From: an uncultured Bacteroidales bacterium | GTDB taxonomy: Bacteria > Bacteroidota > Bacteroidia > Bacteroidales > Paludibacteraceae | Direction: 5' to 3' | Assembly: GCA_946404495.1 (NCBI GenBank) | Contig: CAMJDT010000003.1 | Coordinates: 4,630 to 68,629, forward strand | Length of the DNA: 64,000 bases | Part shown: positions 1 through 10,869 of the stretch, one piece after another | Position numbering within the stretch: position 1 is the first letter of the stretch | Layout of the letters: each line of letters starts with the position of its first letter | Translations under genes and position numbers: made by a program | The notes under the pieces: generated by a model | The model's input: the letters and a program-made list of their open reading frames with translations, nothing else | What the model was told of the DNA's origin: nothing | Database searches by the model: none

Positions 1-2403
1 CTCGATCTTGCTGTCGATCTCCTCGCCGTTCTCCTTGATGAGGAAGTTGGTGGAGATACGCAGACGGTTGTCGTTACCCACGGTGATGACACGGATCGTC
101 AGGTTCTCACCGGCAGGATTCTCCGGGGTGAAGACATCGGTCAGGGTGTTCTGCACAGCCTCCGTGGAGACGGGTTCGGCAAAACGAACGACGTAGTTAC
201 GACCACCGGTGAAGTCGATACCGAGGTTGAGGCGTCCCATCAGGTGGGGCTCCAGACCCAGCAGACCGATAACAACCAATACACCCGAGATGATGTAGAA
301 CATCTTGCGGTTCTCCACGAAGCGGAACTTGGTATCCTGCAGGAAGTTCTTCATGTAGGAAGTGGTGAAGCTGAGCTCCTTGGCATCCTCACGGCTTGCA
401 TATGCCTCGAGCCACAGACGGGTCAGGAAGACAGCGGTCAGGAACGACGAGATGATACCGATCATGTACGTTACGGCGAAGCCCTTGATGGGACCTGTAC
501 CGAAGATAGCCAAGATAGCACCGGTCAGGAAGCTGGTGACGTTGGCATCCACGATGGCCGAGATGGCACCCTTGAAACCGTCCTGGATAGCCTTGCGCAT
601 GTTCTTACCGGCGCGCATCTCCTCACGGATACGCTCGTAGATAAGCACGTTGGCATCGACGGCCATACCCATGGTCAGCACGATACCGGCGATACCCGGC
701 AGGGTCAGTACGGCAGAGAACGAAGCCAGAATACCTACCAGCAGGAATACGTTGCACAGCAACGCTGCGTCGGCAATCAGGCCGGGGATCAGACCGTAGT
801 AGAAGATCATATAGAGGAGGATCAGCAGGAAGCCGATAGCGAAGCTCCAGAGACCGTTAACCACGGCTTCGTGACCCAGACTCGGACCTACTACGTCCTC
901 TTGGATGATGCGTGCGGGAGCCGGCATCTTACCGGATTTGAGGGTGTTAGCCAAGTCCTTGGCTTCCTCTACGGTGAAGTGACCGGTGATCTGCGAGTTA
1001 CCGCCGGCGATCTCGTTTTGCACGGTGGGGTAGCTGTATACATAGCCGTCCAAAACGATAGCTACGGATTTGCCGATATTGTCCTTGGTGATACGCTGCC
1101 AAGCCTTGGCGCCCTCAGCGTTCATCGACATCGATACATTGGCATAAGCGCTGGTCTGCGAGAAGTCGGCACGGGCGTCGGTGATGACGTCGCCTTCGAG
1201 GCTGGCGCGACCGTCACGCTGTGCCTTGAGTGCTACGAGGGTGAAGTACTGACCGGCCTCGTCCACAGCCTTGACGCTCCAGTAGAAACGTACGTCGCGG
1301 GGCAGCAGCTGCTTGGCGATCGTACCGGTGAGCATCTGCATCACGCGTGCGGTGTCCTTGGCATGCACGGTACCTACGACGGGACCCTGATAAGCCTGAC
1401 CGGCAGCGCTGATGCTGGGGTTGAGGATGAAGAACAGGGGGTTCACCTTCTGCATCTCGCGCAGCTGTGCCTCACGCTCTTCGTCGCTAACGGCCGACTC
1501 CTCGGTCTCATTAGCGGTGTTCTCTACGAGCGCTGCGAGATCATCGGTGGTCTCCTCGGCCTTTACTTCCTCGGCCTTTACTTCCTCGGCGGGAGCAGCC
1601 TCGGTCTCCTCCTCAGCCTCTACGGCTGCGGTAGCCTCGGTAGCCTTGGCATATTCGTTGTTGATAGCAGCCAATTGGGGCAGTATCTCGCTCAGTTCGT
1701 AGGTCTCCCAGAACTCCAGGTTGGCGCTACCTTGCAGCAGTTTGCGCACGCGCTCCGGCTCCTTGATACCCGGTAGCTCGATGAGGATACGGCCGGCTTG
1801 GCTCAGACGCTGGATATTGGGTTGAACGACACCGAAACGGTCAATACGCGTACGGAGCACGTTGAAGGAGTTGGCGATAGCGCCATCCACTTCCTCGCGG
1901 ATGACCTTTTCCACCTCGGCGTTGGTGCTGTTGAGCGCTACCTTGTCCTTCAACTCGAAGGTCGAGAAGATAGTTGCCAATTGCGCGTTGGGGTCAATCT
2001 CATTGAACGACTCGATGAAGAGGGTCACGAAATCGCGGCCGTCACCGTTGCGCTGTTTATCGTTGGCCTTTTGCATAGCTTGGGTAAACAGGGGAGACGT
2101 GCTATTACCGCTCAGCGAGCGCAGGATGTCAGGCACGCTGACCTCCATGATCACGTTCATACCACCCTTCAGGTCAAGACCCAGGTTGATTTCCTTGGCG
2201 CGGCATTCTTTGAGTGTGTAACCGAACCAAACTTTTTGCGTTGCAATCGAATCGAGATACACGTTTACCAATGCATCGTCGCCGGCTGCAAACTCCTTCG
2301 CCTTGTTGTCATAGTGACGAACAACGGCGCTGAAACTCAGATAAAAGGCGCATACCAGTGCAAGGCACACCGCCAAAATCCGAACAAGTCCTTTGTTTTG
2401 CAT
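1..2403 (-). CDS. secDF: Protein translocase subunit SecDF (fused SecD/SecF); 3' end runs off the window
   Basis: Absent from the ORF track because no stop lies inside the window. Manual translation from the ATG at 2403-2401 gives MQNKGLVRILAVCLALVCAFYLSFSAVV...INLGLDLKGGMNVIMEVSVPDIL, which has the SecD N-terminal TM and the GLDLKGG signature. The same frame is still open at nt 60-1 (RISTNFLIKENGEEIDSKIE). The + strand ORFs 244-1776 and 1798-2547 are antisense shadows. Confidence 0.85.
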   Translation of the reverse strand, partial: MQNKGLVRILAVCLALVCAFYLSFSAVVRHYDNKAKEFAAGDDALVNVYLDSIATQKVWFGYTLKECRAKEINLGLDLKGGMNVIMEVSVPDILRSLSGNSTSPLFTQAMQKANDKQRNGDGRDFVTLFIESFNEIDPNAQLATIFSTFELKDKVALNSTNAEVEKVIREEVDGAIANSFNVLRTRIDRFGVVQPNIQRLSQAGRILIELPGIKEPERVRKLLQGSANLEFWETYELSEILPQLAAINNEYAKATEATAAVEAEEETEAAPAEEVKAEEVKAEETTDDLAALVENTANETEESAVSDEEREAQLREMQKVNPLFFILNPSISAAGQAYQGPVVGTVHAKDTARVMQMLTGTIAKQLLPRDVRFYWSVKAVDEAGQYFTLVALKAQRDGRASLEGDVITDARADFSQTSAYANVSMSMNAEGAKAWQRITKDNIGKSVAIVLDGYVYSYPTVQNEIAGGNSQITGHFTVEEAKDLANTLKSGKMPAPARIIQEDVVGPSLGHEAVVNGLWSFAIGFLLILLYMIFYYGLIPGLIADAALLCNVFLLVGILASFSAVLTLPGIAGIVLTMGMAVDANVLIYERIREEMRAGKNMRKAIQDGFKGAISAIVDANVTSFLTGAILAIFGTGPIKGFAVTYMIGIISSFLTAVFLTRLWLEAYASREDAKELSFTTSYMKNFLQDTKFRFVENRKMFYIISGVLVVIGLLGLEPHLMGRLNLGIDFTGGRNYVVRFAEPVSTEAVQNTLTDVFTPENPAGENLTIRVITVGNDNRLRISTNFLIKENGEEIDSKIE

Positions 2404-2492
2404 AAATGTTTTTTTTATTGTTACTATTATTTTTTCCTTGTTTTAGTGCTTGCGCCCGTACGCGTGTGGGCGCACTCGCACAAAATAGCCCG

Positions 2493-2524
2493 CAAAGGTA
2501 CAACAAAATTCTCATATACGCAAA
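2493..2524 (-). promoter_or_regulatory. Bacteroidota sigma-A promoter for secDF
   Basis: The minus strand reads TTTGCGTATATGAGAATTTTGTTGTACCTTTGCGGGC, giving a -33 TTTG and a -7 TACCTTTG. It lies about 90 nt upstream of the secDF ATG. Confidence 0.6.
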
Positions 2525-2564
2525 TATTTCTTGCTTTTTTTTGCTGAAAAAGACGTTTTTTACA

Positions 2565-2595
2565 GAAAAAAGACCCGCAATGCAGGTCTTTTTTC
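2565..2595 (-). terminator. Rho-independent terminator after the LRR protein gene (A/T runs on both sides, so possibly bidirectional)
   Basis: Hairpin AGACC-N9-GGTCT (2571-2589) is flanked by an A-run upstream and a T-run downstream. It lies 25 nt past the stop codon at 2619. Confidence 0.55.
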
Positions 2596-2618
2596 AGTAT
2601 AGATAGGTTCAAAACGCC

Positions 2619-5600
2619 TTATTCCACGCTTTGTCCCTGTGCATCGTAACGCTGTCCGTTGACGATGATGAGGAGGCGTCCGTTCTCGATGATTTTCTCG
2701 GTCATGGCAGCGGGAATGCCCTCTATGTCGCGGCAGTCGGTAGGTGTCTGAGGCACATTGAACGAACCGTTCTGGGCAGAGATGCACTCTTCGTCTGCGT
2801 TGTAGGAATCCAGCGTGAAGGTGTAGTCCTGACCGAACTCCAGATTGCTCAGGTTAACCTGGTAAACCGACGGATCGGCGTCCACGGTGGTAGCTTGGAT
2901 ACGCGAGGGAGCGGCCCAAATGATATCACCTACAATCTGACCGAAGGCATTAATGTGGACGGTGGCTACCAGTCGACCGTGCATGTAAACCTTCAGTTCG
3001 TAGAGCACAGCATCCACGATAGGCTCGAAGCTGATGGTAATCTCCGATACTTCCGCAACGGTGGATTGTCCGGCTATGATGGTCTGTTCTTCCTGTTCTT
3101 CTTTATCAAAGAACGCGCGCAATGTAGTGTCGCAGGTTACGACGAAGTTCTTGGTGCTGCTTGTCGAGCCGTCGGACCACTGCGAGAAGACAAAGCCTTC
3201 ATCCGGTGTAGCCACCAGTGCTACGGTTGAGTTGGCAGCGTAGGTACCTGTACCGGTCACCTGACCGTGGTTAGCCAGAGCCTTGACGGTGTAGTAACTA
3301 TCCAGTGCAATAAAGTTCGTGAAATAGTTCCATCCTGGAGCTGCCTGATATGCGGACGGATTCGGTACATAGACGGGAATAGCAGGGTTGATATTGATGG
3401 ACGTTTCTGTTCCATAATTGAAGGCTTGGGGTCCGACATGGGGAGGATTAACCGCAAAGCAGGTAATGGATTCCAGGCCTTTGCAATAGATGAGTCCGTT
3501 GTGGGCAATACTGTCAACGGTTTCGGGCAGGTTGATGAACTTCAGATTCCAGCAACTCCAGAATGCACCCTCACCGATAACCTCGATTTCATCGGGAATA
3601 ACGGTCGTGTTGCAACCCTTAATGAGCACGTTGGTCGCGGTCTCGATGATGGCGTTGCAGTTGTCGCGGCTGTCGTAACGCGGGTTGCCCGGGTTGACGG
3701 ACAGTGTGTTGAATTTGCAACCGGCAAAGGCTGAACCGTCGATATCCACCAACGAGGACGGAATAACCAAGTCGGTCAGACCGCTGCAGTATTGGAAGCA
3801 ATAGGAATCCAGACGGGTTACGCTGTTGGGGATACGGATTTGCGTCATGTTACGCAACGATGAGAATGCTTGCGTGCCGATAGTTACTACGGTATTGGGA
3901 ATTACGGTCACGTGGCAACCGGCAACCAGTTTGTTCGTAGCCGTTTGGATGACTGCGTTGCAGTTCTCGCGGCTGTCAAATACCATATTGTTCGCATCAA
4001 CCACAATGCTGGTCAGCGACGTACAACCCTCCGTCAGACGGCTACCGATGGAGCGCACAGCGGCCGGAATGGTGAGTGATTGTAATGCCCAGTTCTCTGA
4101 GAATACACCACCATCAATCGTCTGCAAAGTGCTCGGTAATGTGATAGCCGGCAACTGATTCTCACCGGAGAAAGCGCAGTAACCGATGCTTGTCACACCT
4201 TCGGGAACAACGACCGCAGTATTCAAGCTATCCATCTGATAGAATGCGTACCTACCGATGGTAGTCAATCCGGCAGGCAGATCCAATGCGTGCACTTTGT
4301 GGCGCAGGCTGTTCCACGGTCCATAGTTCGGGTAATTGAAGTCCGGCATCGGACCGGAACCTGTCAGTTTCAGTACGTTGTCGCAGGTCAGCGCCCAGTT
4401 CAGAGTTTCAGTCAGGGTACCCGATGCAATGGCACATATAGGTTCCTCTTCCGGAAGGGGCAGATAGTTGGTGAACTCATTCCATCCGGGAGCGGCCTGA
4501 TAAGCCGGGATAGAGGCGGCGGGTACGTAAACGGGGATGGATTTGTTGATCAACTTGAAGATAAAGGTGTCGCCTGTGGTGATAGCCGGCGGGGTCACAT
4601 TCTTGCACTTGATTTCAGCCAGATCCTTGCAGTTATAGAACGCACCTCTACCTAAGCTGTCCACGCTTTCGGGGATCGTGATCGTTGTCAACGGAACGAC
4701 CGAAGCGAAGGCATAGCCGCCAATGGTGGTCACCGTATTGGGGATGACCGTTTCCAGACCGCCTTTGACCAAGGTGTTGGTAGCCGTCTCGATGATGGCG
4801 TTGCAGTTGTCGCGACTGTCATAACGGGGATTGGCGGGGTTGACGTCAATGAAATGGATATAGCAGCCGTTGAACGATTCGTCGGTGATCGTTGTCAGCG
4901 AACTCGGAATGCGCAGGGAGTCCACATGCCAGCAGCTGGCGAAACTCTCCAGGCCCAGACTCTGAACGCCTTCGGGAATGTCAATCACGCGCAGATTGTT
5001 CAGTCCGGCAAACACATACCAGTTGTCAATCGCCGTAACGGAGCTCGGGATGACCGTATTGGCGCAGGCGGCAATCATGGTGTTGGTAGATGTCTTGATG
5101 ATGGCGTTGCAGTTGTTGCGGCTGTCGTAGGTGGTGTTACCGGCTTCTACAACGACGTTGGTCAGCATATCGCAGGTATGCAGCACACCGAAACTGATAT
5201 AGTACACCGAGGCCGGAATCGTCAGCGAAGGCAGGCTCTCACAATTGGAGAAAGCCAGGTTCTCGATGGTCTGAAGGGTGCTCGGCAACGTGAGCGAGAT
5301 GAGCGAGCGGCATTCTGCAAAGCAGGAAGCACCCAGTGCGGTCACGCCTTCCGGAACGACGATAGAGGTCACCTGTGTACAATGAAAGAAAGCATAATTA
5401 CCTATGTAGGTCAGACCTGCGGGCAGTGAGATGGAGGTCACGGGACTGATGTTGGCGAACCAGGGAGCGTGAGCAGAGCCGGTGTAGTCGTTCATAGCGC
5501 CCGTACCGGAGATGACCAGTGAACCGTCATCGTTGAGTACCCAAGTGAGGTTCGCGCCGCAGGAGCCCGAACCCATTTCAGCGCGTACATTCATCGCGCC

Positions 5601-5651
5601 TGTGAAGATAAACAAGCCGATGAACAGCGTAAAGAGTTTGAGTTTTTGCAT
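2619..5651 (-). CDS. BspA-type leucine-rich-repeat (LRR_5-like) cell-surface protein with signal peptide and short T9SS-like C-terminal motif
   Basis: 1010-aa ORF with an N-terminal signal peptide (MQKLKLFTLFIGLFIFTGAMNVRA). It carries two blocks of repeats of the form IP.SVT.I...AF..C..L.S. and ends ...KIIENGRLLIIVNGQRYDAQGQSVE. Confidence 0.8.
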   Translation of the reverse strand: MQKLKLFTLFIGLFIFTGAMNVRAEMGSGSCGANLTWVLNDDGSLVISGTGAMNDYTGSAHAPWFANISPVTSISLPAGLTYIGNYAFFHCTQVTSIVVPEGVTALGASCFAECRSLISLTLPSTLQTIENLAFSNCESLPSLTIPASVYYISFGVLHTCDMLTNVVVEAGNTTYDSRNNCNAIIKTSTNTMIAACANTVIPSSVTAIDNWYVFAGLNNLRVIDIPEGVQSLGLESFASCWHVDSLRIPSSLTTITDESFNGCYIHFIDVNPANPRYDSRDNCNAIIETATNTLVKGGLETVIPNTVTTIGGYAFASVVPLTTITIPESVDSLGRGAFYNCKDLAEIKCKNVTPPAITTGDTFIFKLINKSIPVYVPAASIPAYQAAPGWNEFTNYLPLPEEEPICAIASGTLTETLNWALTCDNVLKLTGSGPMPDFNYPNYGPWNSLRHKVHALDLPAGLTTIGRYAFYQMDSLNTAVVVPEGVTSIGYCAFSGENQLPAITLPSTLQTIDGGVFSENWALQSLTIPAAVRSIGSRLTEGCTSLTSIVVDANNMVFDSRENCNAVIQTATNKLVAGCHVTVIPNTVVTIGTQAFSSLRNMTQIRIPNSVTRLDSYCFQYCSGLTDLVIPSSLVDIDGSAFAGCKFNTLSVNPGNPRYDSRDNCNAIIETATNVLIKGCNTTVIPDEIEVIGEGAFWSCWNLKFINLPETVDSIAHNGLIYCKGLESITCFAVNPPHVGPQAFNYGTETSININPAIPVYVPNPSAYQAAPGWNYFTNFIALDSYYTVKALANHGQVTGTGTYAANSTVALVATPDEGFVFSQWSDGSTSSTKNFVVTCDTTLRAFFDKEEQEEQTIIAGQSTVAEVSEITISFEPIVDAVLYELKVYMHGRLVATVHINAFGQIVGDIIWAAPSRIQATTVDADPSVYQVNLSNLEFGQDYTFTLDSYNADEECISAQNGSFNVPQTPTDCRDIEGIPAAMTEKIIENGRLLIIVNGQRYDAQGQSVE

Positions 5652-5682
5652 AAAATGTATTGTTAGTTAGTAAAATTTGGCG

Positions 5683-5714
5683 CAAAGGTACTGCTTTTTT
5701 TTGACATATGCAAA
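5683..5714 (-). promoter_or_regulatory. Promoter of the LRR protein gene
   Basis: The minus strand reads TTTGCATATGTCAAAAAAAAGCAGTACCTTTGCGCC (-33 TTTG, -7 TACCTTTG), about 30 nt upstream of the ATG at 5651. Confidence 0.6.
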
Positions 5715-5752
5715 TATTTTATCGTTTTTTGCAGCATAATGTTTAAAATAAC

Positions 5753-5780
5753 AAAAAAAAGACTCGCTTTTGACGAGTCT
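5753..5780 (-). terminator. Terminator after tRNA-Met
   Basis: The minus strand reads GACTCG-TCAAAAG-CGAGTC followed by T8. Confidence 0.6.
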
Positions 5781-5790
5781 TTCTCTTCGG

Positions 5791-5862
<72 letters not shown>

Positions 5863-5891
5863 ATATAACGCGCTTCTCACGAAACGGGCTG

Positions 5892-5923
5892 CAAAATTAC
5901 TGCTTTTTTTTGATATGACCAAA
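5892..5923 (-). promoter_or_regulatory. Promoter of tRNA-Met
   Basis: The minus strand reads TTTGGTCATATCAAAAAAAAGCAGTAATTTTGCAGCC. The -7 box lies about 30 nt upstream of the tRNA 5' end. Confidence 0.65.
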
Positions 5924-5972
5924 TTTTTGAGCAACTTTTTTCATTTTTTATGCAAAAATATGCATTTTTTTG

Positions 5973-7415
<1,443 letters not shown>

Positions 7416-7456
7416 TATCTAAAAATTAAAGCCGCCTATTTTAGACGGCTCCTATG

Positions 7457-7527
7457 AGGTCGGTAGCAGATTCGAACCGCTGTCCCCGGTTTTGCAGACC
7501 GGTCCCTAACCACTCGGGCAACCGACC
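7457..7527 (-). tRNA. tRNA-Cys (anticodon GCA)
   Basis: The minus strand reads GGTCGGTTGCCCGAGTGGTTAGGGACCGGTCTGCAAAACCGGGGACAGCGGTTCGAATCTGCTACCGACCT. The acceptor stem is GGTCGGT/ACCGACC and the anticodon loop is CTGCAAA. Confidence 0.85.
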
Positions 7528-7566
7528 AAATTGACTTTTCTGCTTCCCTTTTTGGGAAAGCGGCTG

Positions 7567-7598
7567 CAAAAGTACTGCTTTTTTTTGATATGACCAAA
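7567..7598 (-). promoter_or_regulatory. Promoter of tRNA-Cys
   Basis: The minus strand reads TTTGGTCATATCAAAAAAAAGCAGTACTTTTGCAGCC, nearly identical to the tRNA-Met and tRNA-Glu promoters. Confidence 0.65.
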
Positions 7599-7644
7599 TA
7601 TTTTGAGAGAAAAATGCATTTTTTCTTTGATTTTGGCTTTTTTT

Positions 7645-7676
7645 CTTGTATATGTCAAAAAAAAGCTGTACCTTTG
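7645..7676 (+). promoter_or_regulatory. Promoter of the HD-domain gene / lpx cluster
   Basis: CTTGTATATGTCAAAAAAAAGCTGTACCTTTGCAGGC. The -7 TACCTTTG lies 20 nt upstream of the ATG at 7696. This promoter is divergent from the tRNA-Cys promoter. Confidence 0.6.
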
Positions 7677-7695
7677 CAGGCTCAATTGTGTTAAA

Positions 7696-8961
7696 ATGGG
7701 AAATAAGCGCAAAATAATAAATGACCCGGTGTTTGGGTTTCTGACGATACCGAACGAGCTGGTGTACGATGTGTTGCAGCATCCGTATGTACAGCGTCTG
7801 GGGCGGATTCGTCAGTTGGGCTTGAGTAATTTTGTGTATCCGGGTGCGATGCATAGCCGCTTCTTGCATTCATTGGGTGCGATGCACCTGATGCAGGAGG
7901 GCTTGGCGACGCTGCGTAATAAAGGGGTGGAACTGAGCGATAACGAGGTAGTAGCGGCTGAGATTGCCATCCTATTGCACGATATCGGGCACGGTCCGTT
8001 CAGCCATGTGCTGGAGCACACGCTCGTGGACGGCATCACGCACGAGGAGATATCGCTGCTGATGATGGAGCAGATCAACCGTGACCTGCAGCAGAGCGTG
8101 ACGGAGGGACGGTTGGAGATAGATGACTACCACGGTCCGTTGGATCTGGCAATCGCCATCTTCCGCAACCAGTATCCCCGCCGGTTCCTGCATCAGTTGA
8201 TCTCGTCGCAGTTGGATGTGGATCGCATGGACTACCTCTGCCGTGACTCCTTCTTCTGCGGCGTGCAGGAGGGTAGGGTAGCGAGCGAGCGGCTGCTGAA
8301 GATGCTCAATGTGGTGGATGACAAACTGGTGGTGGAACTGAAGGGTATCTATTCGGTGGAGAAGTTCCTCGTAGCACGGCGCTTGATGTACTGGCAGGTG
8401 TATCTGCACAAGACCTCCGTCGCCGCGGAGCAGCTGCTTATTAAGGTACTGACACGCGCCAAGGAGTTGGCGGGTCAGGGCGTGGAGCTGTTCTGCTCGC
8501 CGTCGTTGCATTATTTCCTCTATAATAGAATTACGGCTAAGGACTTCACCTTAGGCAGCGAGGCGATGCGCGAGTACGCGCTGTTGGACGACTCCGACGT
8601 GCTGAGTGCCATCAAGGCCTGGATGGACGGTCCGGATAGGCTGCTGAGGCTATTGAGTGCGGCGTTTACCAACCGCAGTCTCTTCCGCGGGCGACTGCTG
8701 ACGGAACCGCTGACGGAGGAGGACAAGGAGGCGCTGAGGATGTACTACAGCCGCGAGTTGGGTATCACGCCGCACGAAGCGGACTACTGCTTCGTGGAGC
8801 ATGTGTCCACCTCCAACACCTACTCGGAGAAGGATGACTCCATCGATATCCTCTATAACGACGGTACGGTGCGTGACATCGCCTCGGCGAGCGAAATACT
8901 CGACCTGAAAGCCCTCACGCGCAAACCCAAGAAGTTGTATTTATTCCAATATAGAATATGA
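7696..8961 (+). CDS. HD-domain metal-dependent phosphohydrolase (dNTP triphosphohydrolase-like)
   Basis: [19 protein letters not shown]...RLGRIRQLG...SRFLHSLG...[12 protein letters not shown] carries the HD motif. The start is moved from the ORF-track position (7603) to 7696 because 7603 lies upstream of the promoter. Confidence 0.8.
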   Translation: MGNKRKIINDPVFGFLTIPNELVYDVLQHPYVQRLGRIRQLGLSNFVYPGAMHSRFLHSLGAMHLMQEGLATLRNKGVELSDNEVVAAEIAILLHDIGHGPFSHVLEHTLVDGITHEEISLLMMEQINRDLQQSVTEGRLEIDDYHGPLDLAIAIFRNQYPRRFLHQLISSQLDVDRMDYLCRDSFFCGVQEGRVASERLLKMLNVVDDKLVVELKGIYSVEKFLVARRLMYWQVYLHKTSVAAEQLLIKVLTRAKELAGQGVELFCSPSLHYFLYNRITAKDFTLGSEAMREYALLDDSDVLSAIKAWMDGPDRLLRLLSAAFTNRSLFRGRLLTEPLTEEDKEALRMYYSRELGITPHEADYCFVEHVSTSNTYSEKDDSIDILYNDGTVRDIASASEILDLKALTRKPKKLYLFQYRI

Positions 8962-9947
8962 CCTTTACAGCAAATCAAATAGCAATGCTCCTCGGGGGCA
9001 AGGTCGTAGGTGACGGCAATCGTACGGCAAGTAACGTGTCGGGACTCGAGACCGCCAAAGAGGGCGACCTGTGCTTTGTATGCGAGGAGAAATACCTGCC
9101 GTTGCTCGGCGAGACCAAGGCGAGTGTGGTACTGATCACCGAGTCGTTGATGACCGAAGCAATCGCATCCCCGGCGACGCTCATCCCCGTGGAGAACGCC
9201 CGCGCGTCGATGGCGCAACTATTGCAGGCGGTAGCGGAGACCCTGAATCCCCGCAAGCAAGGCATCGAACAGCCCTGTTATATCGCAGAAGGCGTCGAGG
9301 TGCCCGAGGATGCCTATATCGGTGCGTTTGCCTATATCGGCAAGAACGTGCGCCTGGGAAAGGGCGTGCAGATCTATCCGCAGGCCTATCTGGGCGATAA
9401 CGTGGTCGTAGGAGACCATAGTATTATATATGCAGGCGCGCGCGTATATTATAATTGTGTAGTCGGTAAGGACTGCATCCTGCACGCCGGTGCGGTCATC
9501 GGTGCGGACGGTTTTGGCTTCGAACCCGACAAAGAGGGCGTCTATCATAAGATCCCGCAGATCGGTCGCGTCGTCATCGAGGACGATGTGGAGATAGGTG
9601 CCAACACGACCATCGACCGTGCGATGATGGGAGAGACGCGCGTGAGACAGAATACCAAGCTGGACAACCTCGTTCAGATCGGTCACAATGTAGAGATCGG
9701 TCAATCGACCGTCCTCTGCGCCCAAGTGGGCGTGGCCGGCAGTACCAAGATCGGCAACCGCTGCACGCTGACCGGTCAAGTCGGAGTAGCCGGACATATC
9801 GAGATCACGGACAACTGCATCTTCGGTGCACAGTCCGGTATCGCCGGCACGATCCGCAAACCCGGCGTATATATGGGTTCGCCGGCGATCGATGCCAATA
9901 TATGGAAACGTGCGGCTGTCAAATTCAAACAATCCGGAAAATCATGA
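8958..9947 (+). CDS. lpxD: UDP-3-O-acylglucosamine N-acyltransferase LpxD
   Basis: 329-aa ORF with an LpxD N-terminal domain followed by left-handed beta-helix hexapeptide repeats. It overlaps the upstream gene by 4 nt. Confidence 0.9.
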   Translation: MTFTANQIAMLLGGKVVGDGNRTASNVSGLETAKEGDLCFVCEEKYLPLLGETKASVVLITESLMTEAIASPATLIPVENARASMAQLLQAVAETLNPRKQGIEQPCYIAEGVEVPEDAYIGAFAYIGKNVRLGKGVQIYPQAYLGDNVVVGDHSIIYAGARVYYNCVVGKDCILHAGAVIGADGFGFEPDKEGVYHKIPQIGRVVIEDDVEIGANTTIDRAMMGETRVRQNTKLDNLVQIGHNVEIGQSTVLCAQVGVAGSTKIGNRCTLTGQVGVAGHIEITDNCIFGAQSGIAGTIRKPGVYMGSPAIDANIWKRAAVKFKQSGKS

Positions 9948-10846
9948 AACAGCATACATTAAGAGAGAGTTTCTCCGTAGAAGGCAAAGGCCTGCATACG
10001 GGTCTGTATATTCACGCTACCTTCTTTCCTGCCGCCCCGAACACGGGCATACGCCTGCGCCGTGTGGATCTGCCCAAGCAACCCACGCATGAGGCCTTGG
10101 CCGAATACGTGTCGGCCACGGAGCGCGGAACGGTCGTGGAGCGCGGTAAATGGAAAGTGAGCACCCTGGAGCACGCGATGTCGGCGCTCTATGCTATGGG
10201 GGTGGATAACTGCCTCATAGAACTGGACGGCCCCGAGGTACCGATACTGGACGGCAGTGCGCGCATCTTCGTCAAGGAGATCAAACGTGTCGGACTGGAG
10301 GAACAGGATGCGGAGCAGAAGGTGTTTGTGGTGGATAAACCGATCGAATACCGTTCCGAGCACGGCAATCATATGCTCATCATGCCCTCTGACCACTACG
10401 AGGTGGAGGTCATCATCCGCTATCCGACGGGACTGCTGATGGAGCAACGGGCGGAACTGACCGACCTGAAAGACTACGGTCGCGAGGTGTCGGCAGCGCG
10501 TACGTTCTGCTTCATGCGCGAGATCGAACCCCTGCTGCGCCTGGGACTCATCAAGGGCGGCGACCTGAAGAACGCCCTCGTCATCTACGAGACACCCCTG
10601 TCGCAAGAGGGATTCGACTATATCGCCGACAAACTCGGTCAACCGCATATGGATGCGACCAAACTCGGCTATCTCAGTCCGCTTAACTACCCCAACGAAC
10701 CCGCACGGCATAAGCTGTTGGACTTGATCGGCGACATGGCACTGCTCGGATGCCGCATCCAGGGACGCATCATCGCGACCCGCCCGGGACATACGTTCAA
10801 CACGCAGTGCTGCCGGCAGTTGCGTAATTTAGTAATTGATAATTGA
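9944..10846 (+). CDS. lpxC: UDP-3-O-acyl-N-acetylglucosamine deacetylase LpxC (stand-alone, no FabZ domain)
   Basis: [43 protein letters not shown]...[14 protein letters not shown]...RPGH. There is an ATGA overlap with lpxD. The protein is 300 aa, and its last residues NLVIDN plus the stop codon are encoded by the heptamer repeat. Confidence 0.88.
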   Translation: MKQHTLRESFSVEGKGLHTGLYIHATFFPAAPNTGIRLRRVDLPKQPTHEALAEYVSATERGTVVERGKWKVSTLEHAMSALYAMGVDNCLIELDGPEVPILDGSARIFVKEIKRVGLEEQDAEQKVFVVDKPIEYRSEHGNHMLIMPSDHYEVEVIIRYPTGLLMEQRAELTDLKDYGREVSAARTFCFMREIEPLLRLGLIKGGDLKNALVIYETPLSQEGFDYIADKLGQPHMDATKLGYLSPLNYPNEPARHKLLDLIGDMALLGCRIQGRIIATRPGHTFNTQCCRQLRNLVIDN

Positions 10847-10862
10847 TAATTGACAATTGACA
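10825..10862 (+). repeat. Tandem heptamer array (TAATTGA/CAATTGA)n at the lpxC-lpxA junction
   Basis: taatttag-TAATTGA-TAATTGA-TAATTGA-CAATTGA-CA. The array contains the lpxC stop codon (10844-10846). Confidence 0.9.
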
Positions 10863-10869
10863 TTTTTAT

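Noticed and set aside
244-2547. Long + strand ORFs (244-1776, 510 aa; 1798-2547, 249 aa) in the first 2.5 kb.
   Set aside because: Their composition is odd (G/D/H/V/L-rich) with no recognisable motifs. They lie antisense to a convincingly SecDF-like minus-strand frame that is missing from the track only because it runs off the window. The same reasoning applies to most other long antisense ORFs in the high-GC core: 6372-7238, 9219-9932, 13352-14359, 16547-17968, 18623-19795, 20031-20834, 22267-22968, 45505-46395, 47312-48169, 51196-53124, 61515-62801.
7603-7695. Longer N-terminal extensions given by the ORF track: 7603 for the HD protein, 38783 for the ATPase, 48343 for the TonB receptor, 60106 for ileS, 19765 for mpl, 24916 for the 65-aa ORF, and 41667 for the OMP.
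   Set aside because: In each case the extension begins upstream of, or inside, the predicted promoter, riboswitch or repeat. An internal ATG gives the conserved N-terminus or a proper signal peptide.
7441-7869. A 142-aa minus-strand ORF, and likewise 5663-5848 (-) and 16095-16292 (+).
   Set aside because: They are read through tRNA genes (Cys, Met, Arg) and promoter regions. They are artefacts of six-frame translation.
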